Assembly: GCF_009914755.1 (NCBI RefSeq)
Contig: NC_060947.1
Reading direction: 5' to 3' (one strand)
Origin: the human T2T-CHM13v2.0 reference genome, Homo sapiens
Length of the DNA stretch: 64,000 nt
Under the pieces are notes generated by a model. The model was not told where the DNA came from. It saw only the letters and a list, made by a program, of their open reading frames with translations, and did no database searches. Each line of letters begins with the position of its first letter. The stretch's first letter is position 1. Shown here piece by piece: positions 54,884-64,000 of this stretch. Both the position numbers and the translations under genes were made by a program.

Positions 54884-55484
54884 CTATTCTCATTGATGAA
54901 CACCTTGGTTATAACTATATCTCTTTCTCTTACATTCAGAAAATTGTATTGGAATGCAAATGGTTGTGAGAGATACCACTTTTTATTGAAATAGCTGGCA
55001 CATGAATATACCTGGTTACAATGCTTGGCCGAATGAGAAATGCAATGCCATTTTATGTAATTGCACTTAATATGCATGAGTCTCACACTTAATCAATTCA
55101 GAATCTCAGAATTTCCCAATGTTGTATCCATCGAACATCTCCTGAGATGCGTATCATCCCATCTGGCCCTAAATGGCTGATTCATGCAGAACATTTTCAT
55201 GTCATCCCTCAAGCCCAACCACAGGGCACCTTCAGATCCAACTCTCTTTAAAACACTTTAGTGTCCTTCTTAGGGGCATGAGAAACATTAAACTGGTTTC
55301 TTTCACCATTCTGATTCTTCAAGAAAGGAAGTAGAGCTGTTATAGGCCATTTACTGACTATGTGCTGCTCTCAGGTAGCCCCACTCCCTCTGCTGTCCTG
55401 CACAGAAAAACATAGTACGTGATTAACTATGTAAGACTCTCTCAGGCCCATCTTCCCAGGCAGAACACTTGGACATGTCTTTCT

Positions 55485-57360
55485 TCTTTATTTTTATTAT
55501 TTTAAACTGAACAGATAAAATGGAATGTGTCTATCATGTATCTAATGTTTGAAGTATATACATTGTAGAATGAATAAATATAGCTAATTAACATATGCAT
55601 CATCCCACAAAGTTATCATTTTGTATTGAGAACACTTACCATCTACTCTCTTAGCATTCATCAATAATACAACATATTATGATCACCTGTAGTCACCGTG
55701 TCGTACAATGTATCTCTGCAGCTTATTCCTTCAGTCTAACAGAAATTTGGTATCCTTTGAGCAATGTCTTTCCAGCCACCACCACCGAGCCCCTAGTCAC
55801 CACCATTCTACGCTCTACCTCTGTGAGACTTCTTAATTTTTTATTATTTTATTTTTAAATTTTTGTTAACTTTTATGTTAGGTTCAGGGGTACATGTGCA
55901 GGCTCGTTATATAGGGAAGTTGCGTGTCACACGGGTTTGGTGTACACATTATTTCATCACCCAGGTAATCAGCATAATAGCTGATAGGTAGCTTTTCAAC
56001 CCTCACCCTCCTCCCCATCCTTTACCCCCAAGTAGACACGGGTGTCTGTTGTTCCCTTCTTTGTGTCCATGCGTACTGATGTTTAGCTCTTGCTTATAAA
56101 TGGAAAAAGGTGGTATTCCATTTTCTGTTCCCACGTGAGTTCGCTTAGAGTAATGGCCTCCAGCTCCATCCATGTTGCTGCAAAAGACATGATCTCGTTT
56201 TTTTATGGCTGCATAGTATTCCGTGCTGTTTATGTACCACATTGTCTTTATCCAGTCTGCTGCTGATGGGCCTTTAGGTTGATTCAATATCTTTGCTATT
56301 GTGAATAGTGCTGTCAAGAACATACGCATGCGTATGTCTTAATGGTAGAATGATATATATCGTTTGGGTATATATCCAGTAATGTGATTGCTGAGATGAA
56401 TGGTATTTCTAAGTTCTTGCAGAAATCACCAAACTGCTTTCTACAATGGCTGAACTAAGTTACATTCCCATAAACAGTGTATAGGTGTTCTCTTTTCATT
56501 TCTTTCAAGGCAGCAGGTTTCTTTCTGGCCTAGGGTGTGTCTAGAAATGTTATCCAGGAGCGAGTGCCTGGAGCAGGGGCTTCACAACCCCGACCGGTGC
56601 CCTGTCCCGCTGTAGTTGAGCTGGTATTCAAGATGCAAGAAAAAAAAAAACGCTCCTCACTATTCCATCTCCTCAAGTGGAAGGAGGGGGTCTTTTATGG
56701 AGCCGCTAGCTGGGCAGTCTGGGGCTAGGGCAGGGGTGACACCAGCACTCACTTGGCTGCCCCAGCTGGTATCTCAGGAGGTCATGTGCACCCCTCCACA
56801 TACCCGCCACAATCCACTGCCTCTGGGCCCAATTCTATGCTAGAACTCACCTACGAGTTAGAGATCTTATGGCCTAGACTGCCTTTAAGGTTGTCTGAGA
56901 AACCTGGAACCGTTTCTTAGCCCTTGGTGGCAAGGTTTGCAGAAACTCAAGTTCTGATTCCTGGGATGGGTAATTTCCCTCTGGCTAGAGGTGGTTTCAA
57001 TGCTCCCTTCCCAGATGGGAGTCAGCTAAGTTTGCTCTGGTTTTCCTTTCTCCTGTAAGAGACAGCACCGAGGTCAGTGACCCACAACTGCTCTGCTCTT
57101 GCTCGTCCAGCTTCCAGAGATGCTCTTTACACCATACTGCCACTGCCTAGGATAGGGAAGGGGCGGGGTCAGCGATTTAAGACTGTTTCTTCTAACTCTT
57201 CAGTGCCTCTTTCAGTGATACCGCCAGGTACTATGAGAGTTCCCCTGATTTTGGGTTCTTATGGAGGTGTTTTCTACTGTGTGGATCGTTGTTAAATTTG
57301 TGTCCTTGCGAGGGGGCTGATCTGGGCGGCCTTCTATTCTGCTTTTCTTGCTCCGCCTCT
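55485..57360 (-). mobile_element. Cluster of L1 pieces: L1MA 3' end (55485-55830), old L1PA/PB 3' end (55840-56490), old L1 5' region (56495-57360)
   Basis: gggtacatgtgcagg; ttttatggctgcatagtattcc; peptide MFLTALFTIAK..TEYYAAIKK. Confidence 0.75.
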
Positions 57361-58847
57361 CTCAGCTTAGTTTTGGTTTGGTTTTGTTTGTTTGTTTTTC
57401 CTCTGCAATGCCTAAGGCTAAAGAATGTGATCCCGTATTACTATCCTAAATATGAAAAATTCTTTAATGTCTCGTGCTGGGTGGAAATAGTAGTTTGCAA
57501 TGAGGAATACCTTCAATTGTACAGATCAAAGAGTAAGAAAAAAAGCATTGGGATTTTTTGTTTTTACCTTGTGGTCCGACAACTTGAAAGAATATTCTTT
57601 TATTCCAAAGATGGTACGTGGGGGATTTTGTTCTGGAAATCAGTGCTAGGTATTTAGGTATTTGGTTGGAGAAAAGCAAACTGGTTTTTGTCTATTGATA
57701 TTTAGTATATTTTATTTTTTCATGTTATCCATGACAGTGTTATGACTTAGCAAACAACAGTTACAAATAACTAAAACTGTAATTGCTCCTGCATTTCTAT
57801 TTAACTCCCTCATGTATCCTGAGAAGACCTTCTTGTTTTACCTAATGATCTCTCCAACATCCCCTGAACTCTCAAGAGGTAGACACTATGTGAAGGTCAA
57901 TTCAAAGACAGAAACTAAAACCCCATCCACGGGTGACTCCATGGTGAATCCCTGTGGTGTCTTTTCCCGCTAACCGATGTGTATCCACCAAGCAGTTTTC
58001 TTTTTCAGTATAAATATTATATTGTTTGACATTTTAAGACACATGGTAATCAAAATCTATAGCCTTAATTAAATGATGACTTTCAGGAAATTATCATGCA
58101 AAATGGAAGTGTTAGGAAGCCGATAATAGACACACTCTCCTAAAAATGATCTCACCACATCACACCTAACCCTTCTCACCACCTTGCAGTTCACATTCCA
58201 TGGGAAAAAGCTCCTCATACTTAAGAGTGTTTTACTTTCCTTTTCCCAAGTCATGGCGATTTTGAATATTCACACTTTGCGGATATCAACACATTTCTAA
58301 AGCATACTTATCTTGATTAAAGACTGCTGAGGTCATTAAAACACTAACAAATATTTAAGATGCATTGAACATTTTGTTTTAGAATTGGCTTTTCAATCAT
58401 TTCATCACAAGCAATGCTTTCCTGCCGTTTACTTACTCCTACATCTACTATCTTCTTTTGTATTGTGCTTTGTGTTTTACAGAACATTTACGCTTTATAA
58501 AGCATCTATTTCTAGCCTAGGAAAATATCAAATGGAAAGGGGATGGGAATACCTTTGATATGTACATTCAGCAGAACTATGTGCTGCCGGGTACAGTTGC
58601 GTGAACATATACACATCTCCACTTCCTGTGAGATAAAATTTTAAGAAGAAAATTTTCTTTAGGAATCAGTCCTCCCCCAGGCCTTATTTACAATGTCTGG
58701 CTTACTGTCAACCTGTGGGTCTGTCCACCAACCCTACAGGACCTCATATCCCTCCCTTCTCAAATGCCTACCTCTTCCCTTCCCTTCCCTTCCCCCGCCA
58801 CCATCAGAAAACAGGCAGAGATATACACAGCCATCAGCTTCTCAAAC

Positions 58848-58853
58848 TTTATT
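58848..58853 (-). terminator. SPANX polyadenylation signal AATAAA
   Basis: tttatt on the + strand, 35 nt downstream of the TAG stop, followed on the minus strand by GT-rich sequence (gctgtgtatatctctg). Confidence 0.8.
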
Positions 58854-58887
58854 TTCATTGCCCAAGGTTGAGAGATGTAGCTTCTTG

Positions 58888-59828
58888 CTACTTTGCAGGT
58901 ATTTCAACCATTATTTCCATGAATTCCTCCTCCTCCATTTGGAGGGGGTTGATTCTGTTCTCTCGGGCGTGGTCATTCACCAGTTCCTCTGGAGATGTTC
59001 TTTTCACGTTCCTCCTGTAGCGAACCACTAGTATGGTCGAGGACTCAGATGTTTTTAGTTTTTTCGGAGCAGGTTGCGGGTCTGAGTACCCACTCGAGGT
59101 CTCCGGCATCTGTTAAGAAAGCAGGGAGAGGCCAGGAGGACATTATTTTGGGTGAACAGGATAGAGACTGGATAGCAAGGGGGCTTCATGAGAAGAAGGA
59201 ATGCGGGTTGAGGAAGGGGTTTGATCCAGAGAAGAAGAAGGTTGAAGCACAGAGTAGGGATCTATGGGGAAGAAGAAGAGGAGCGTGGGTAGGGTCACCT
59301 GTGAGTCCAAACTGCACCATTTTGTCAGTTCTTTGCTATTTTGCAGACCTTGGTCAAAGTGAAACATCCCATGGGGGTTCAGGCCGTGAGAAACATCCTG
59401 CCTAACCACCTGTCCGCAAGGCGGACAAAGGCCCAACTGAAGAAACATCCCTATCATATCTTGCTTGGCAGCGTTCTAAGGAACACCACAATGATATTCC
59501 ACCAGAAAAAGGGCCAAACCACCTGATCATAAGAACATCTTATCAATATCCTGCCGGGCAGCAAGCCATACTGCCCAGGCCCCTCCCACCCCTACCTACA
59601 AGCACCCCAGCCTGTAAGCGGCGGTGGGCTCTGGCATTAAGCGGGCCCCCCACTTCCACAATGGTCTGCAATATTCCTGTGTTGTTGTTTGAGCCGCCCC
59701 CGCTCTGTGTGTCTTTCTTTCACCCTCGCCTTCAATTCAAAACCTAACAGTCTTACCATCTCGTTGGCCTCGTTGGAATCACAGGGGACGCTCCTCTTCA
59801 CCCCGCCGGCACTGGATTGTTTGTCCAT
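58888..59828 (-). CDS. SPANXC: SPANX-A/D family sperm nuclear protein (cancer/testis antigen), 97 aa; exon 1 CDS 59757-59828, exon 2 CDS 58888-59109
   Basis: Spliced translation [24 protein letters not shown]|[73 protein letters not shown]. Donor GTAAGA at 59756, acceptor ttcttaacAG at 59110-59111, 647-bp phase-0 intron containing an LTR (the known SPANX architecture). The family is certain; C versus D rests on recalled residues (V59) and locus context. Confidence 0.9.
59300..59749 (+). mobile_element. Solo ERV LTR (probably class I) in the SPANX intron, antisense to the gene
   Basis: TG...CA termini (tgtgagtcc...aacctaaca), about 450 bp, LTR-like U5 end; SPANX introns are known to carry an LTR; family not assigned. 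Confidence 0.8.
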
Positions 59829-59879
59829 TGTATATATTGGTTCTTCAATGTCAGCGGCAGGCTTTTGTAGGTTTTGAAT

Positions 59880-60060
59880 CTTCTCAGTGGCCCGGAGCTC
59901 TTGCCCTCCCTGTATATACCCTCCTGGTGACAAGGCAAAGCCACACCCTTGAGCTTTGTTTGATCATACAGGCAGTGTCCCAGCCAGTGGCAGCCCTAGG
60001 GTGGCTTCGACGTCACAAAGCCCCACTGCTGACCACTCCCTGGGCTTGCGGGCGAGGGGT
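59880..60060 (-). promoter_or_regulatory. SPANX proximal promoter: TATA-like TATATA (59913-59918) and near-consensus CRE TGACGTCG (60008-60015)
   Basis: Motifs read directly; about 85 and 180 nt upstream of the ATG; locally GC/CpG-richer than the flanks. Confidence 0.6.
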
Positions 60061-60567
60061 GACAGGGGTGTAGAGCAAACCAAATGCTGTTGTTGTTTCA
60101 GCATCCCCTGAAGATGCATCCCAAACCGATCTGCCGCCGCTCCTCATTTCTCCATGTTTAATGTTCACGGTTCACATGGAAGTCAGAGGATGATTCCTTC
60201 AAGCCCTTCCCCACAGCCATTCCTATTAAGTGATTCATTCTTTTGTCTTCCAGCCCTCACCATGACTTAGTATTTTCGATGTCTCACCTCAAATCCCCCA
60301 AGCTAGTGTGGCTACATTTATTTATTGGCAGAGATGTGAATTATCCCATTTCCCTCCTACAGTTCCTTCACATGCACCTCGAAGACCATTTACTTTTGGG
60401 CTACTGCCAGGCAAATTTCAACCCATGTTCTTTTACCCAATGTCCATGTAGTTCTTTTAAGTTTCCTATCTCCAATCTGAAATAATGGCCTTCAGTCTGT
60501 CAAAACTTTAGTGAATAAACATTCTTTACCGTGTATCCTAGTCTTGTTTCAAATCAGGGGTGTATAT

Positions 60568-60860
<293 letters not shown>

Positions 60861-63800
60861 AGGACAGCCATTATTAAAACCACCATTGACAAGTAAATTT
60901 TGGTTACTTCTGTAGCATACAAGAATTTAACATAAAAGTTATAATTAATAACATACACAAGTTATTTCAGAAGTATAAGAGTTTCCCATAATTTTGGAGC
61001 ACATATCAATGACATTTCTATAAATACAGCCCAAAGAAAGTCAAACAGCATTTTATATTTGACGATGCTTCTTGTATGATTTTTATACCAAATAAGACCA
61101 ATATGTCTCTTTTGGACTTCAGAGGACTCATATCAAAAAATTAATGAGGAATCAAGTTAGAATTTGACTTTGGAAAGTTCGTCAAAGATAAAAAGTTTAA
61201 AATGCTTGATATCACGAAATAGGGTCATGGGTCATTGTAAAATAAGTCATTCATTTAACCAAAGCAGTAACTCAAAGATTTCAAAAAAGAAAAAAAAAAG
61301 GTGAAAATCTTTATTCTTTGAGAGAGGAGGCTTAATATCCCAAACAATAAGCCCTAATTAAAAACAGGATGCGGCAAATGAAATTTGTTTTTTTGAAATT
61401 TTATAATAAAAGTTTAATCATCTTGAGTATAAAATATAATTTCTATAAACCTTGTAACCTTTATCATTTTGCATTAAGGAGTGAGTTAATGCTCCAAGAA
61501 AGCCTTGTTAAACTGACACAGCAACCTAGATACTGGTTTTGCTTTAGTGTGCCTTTGATATTAATGGTTAATTCCTAGAGAAACTGAGCTACTTTTCTCT
61601 TAATATCAGCCCTTACAATCTCACATGCCCACCTGTTCCACGATAGTCCTTGGGCCTTGAGGAGTTGAATAGTTTTAATTTCTGACCCTGCATCTCATGA
61701 ACGCAGTTTACTTTGATTAGCATCTTCTACTGGGCCTGAAGATGAGGCTGTAATTGATGTCAGTGTTTAAGATATAGCAGAACTTGGTGTCCTTTTTAGA
61801 CCCAGAAGTCAAAGCCCTATAGCTCAATGGCACAAGGACTTTAAAAGCACATACAGAAAGTTACACAGATGGAAGAAAACACTTTTTTAGACCTTGAAGA
61901 AAAAATTTTTGGCCTGTCATAGTGGCTCATGCCTGTAATCCTAGCACTTTGGGAGGCTGAAGCAGGTGGATCACTTGAGGTCAGAAGTTCGAGACCAGCC
62001 TGGCAACACGGTGAAACCCTGTCTCTACTACAAATACAAAAATTAGCCGGGCGTGGTGGCAGGAGAATTGCTTGAACCTGGAAGGGGGAGGTTGCAGTGA
62101 GCCAAGATTGTGCCACTGCACTCTCAGCCTGGGTGACTGAGTGAGACCCCACCTCAAAAAAAAAAAAGAAAAAGAAAAAAAAACATTTTTAGCATGAGGC
62201 CACAACAAACAGAACACAAGAGAAAAAAAGAAAAAACTTATATGAGCTGAAAATGAGTTGAAAGAGAGAGTTATTATTTTCACCTTTTAAAAGAGGAGAG
62301 TAAACCGAAAATGGTGAGATGTGATAAAAGTTAAACTTTGGGTTTAAACAATTAAAATCTTTTAATTTATTAAGAGTAAATCAACTCCTTAAGAAAATTT
62401 TATTGTTCTGATGAATTTTTTTAGTGTTTTTTTAATATCATAAGCTAAATCTGGAAAGACTATTATAAATAATTTCCCTTTAATTATAGACAACTTTATA
62501 CAAATCATTTATGACAGCTTGGACTTTCTGTTTTATCCCTTCCTCTTTCTTTATTCCTTTGAGATACAGTCTTGCTCCGTCGCCCAGGCTAGAGTCGTGC
62601 AGTGGCGCCATCTCGGCTCCCTGCAACCTCCGCCTCCCATGTACAAGCAATTCTCCTGCCTCAGCCTCCGGAGTAGCTGGGACTAGAGGCACGTGTCACC
62701 ACACCTGGCTAATTTTTGTATTTTTAGTAGAGACAGGGATTTGCCACGTTTGCCAGGCTGGTCTCGAACTCCTGACCTCAGGTGATCCATCCACCTCGGC
62801 TTCCCAAAATGCTGGAATTAACAAGCATGAGCCACCATGCCCAGGCTTCCTTTTTCTTTAATAACCAGTTATTTTATTTTAGAACAAAAATTTACCATAC
62901 AAGATTCTTTCTCAGATGAAATTATTTTCCTTTTAACCTTTTGTGCCAAAAATGCCTGTTCATAACTTCCTTCACATTGTTCTTATTCACTGATTACCTA
63001 ATTTCATAAATAACTTTTAAATAAGCTTCGAATTAGACAAAAAGTATTTTCCTTTAAGATCACATTTCTTTCTTACAGAAAAATGTTATCCTAGAATTAA
63101 AAAAATTGGAAATGACCCAGACGTGTAATATCTATTATTTAGCTTAATATAACTTTAGATTTTAAATTATATGACAAGATAATCTACAAGAACTTATTCT
63201 GTTACATTTGTGTAATTAATTTTCTAATAGTTTACTCAGGTTACTTATGAAAACTGTGATAGTTACCATTTAAAGTTATGTCCTTGTTAACCATTTTTAT
63301 AACCTGTGAATTTCAGGTTGTCCTGAGTAAGAACATTAAGGTTAGATAAAGGGTCGTTTTTTTGTTTGTTTGTTTGTTTTTGTTTTTTTGTCAATAACTC
63401 AGGATTTAGCTATTTTCATTAACCAAACAATATTAAATTCCTTACTTACTAAATTTTACATAAACAAAGATAATTCTCATTTGAGCTGCATTCATAGCTT
63501 TAGAACCCTCATGCCAAATGTTGACATCTAGCAGAGATAAATATGTTGAGAATTCCAAAGCCATTTCTAATTCAATTTCACTAAAATTTTTAAAACCAGC
63601 TTGTTTATTGAAGATTTGCTTAAGTCACATGAACTTGAAAAAGCATTTGGCTTAAAGTCTATTTTTCTGAAAAGCATTAGATTTAAGTGCCTTTGTTAAG
63701 CCAATTAATTAGAGCTCTTTTCTACATTTTTAGTAGTGAAATGTCATATCCATGACACATAAATACATAGATGTATTAGATATGTAGATAGAAGTAGATC

Positions 63801-64000
63801 TTATAAATTCCTAAGGCCTTTATTTTTTCCTCGTATTTTAGATTTACAATTTCTTCATAACCTATTTTATTGCCCTAGGCAGTTGTCATCTAGATAGCCC
63901 TAAATGTGCATATTAAAGGAACTCTTAGGTAAAAAAAATCAGATAGTGAAATTTACATGTCAAAGCACAGAGAGAAAGAGTCGGGCGATGTTAGAGGGAG
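60861..64000 (-). mobile_element. Second class I (MER4-group-like) ERV internal segment with Alus at 61911-62183 (+, internal deletion) and 62555-62846 (-)
   Basis: 60861-61100 is homologous to 50600-50845 (agcccaaagaaag(t/c)caaa..cattttatatttgac.atgcttc.tgtatgatttt); 63500-63730 resembles 51920-52170. Confidence 0.75.

Noticed and set aside
58693-59526. Several plus-strand ORFs over SPANX exon 2 and the intron
   Set aside because: Antisense shadows of the gene and LTR with no recognisable protein features
59637-59933. 98-aa ORF containing SPANX exon 1
   Set aside because: It is read-through of 5' flank and intron/LTR around the real exon, which ends at a canonical GT donor at 59756
62040-62070. 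Internal deletion in an Alu (gtggtggcaggagaatt)
   Set aside because: Common microhomology (ggcagg)-mediated loss with no evident significance

Overview
Primate (almost certainly human) genomic DNA, about 85-90% interspersed repeats. It contains one intact protein-coding gene, a two-exon SPANX-A/D family cancer/testis gene on the minus strand (CDS 58888-59109 + 59757-59828, 97 aa). The best call is SPANXC at Xq27, but SPANXD cannot be excluded from the protein alone. The rest is a mosaic of L1s, about 20 Alus, an LTR12 solo LTR, a complete THE1, a full MST element nested inside another, a 3'-deleted HERV-K(HML-6/LTR3) provirus with long gag and dUTPase-protease frames, and class I ERV internal remnants flanking the gene. 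I found no convincing new biological system. The best second-look signals are structural. (i) A chimeric, 5'-inverted L1 switches subfamily at ~42150-42180 and has no TSD, suggesting an L1-L1 recombination breakpoint of the SPANX duplicon. (ii) An Alu-Alu recombination appears to have removed the 3' part of the HML-6 provirus. (iii) The SPANX promoter has a near-consensus CRE and a TATA-like box, and an antisense solo LTR ends 7 nt from the splice donor. Repeat subfamily names and paralog assignments come from recalled consensus sequences, not from a search, and most repeat boundaries are approximate.
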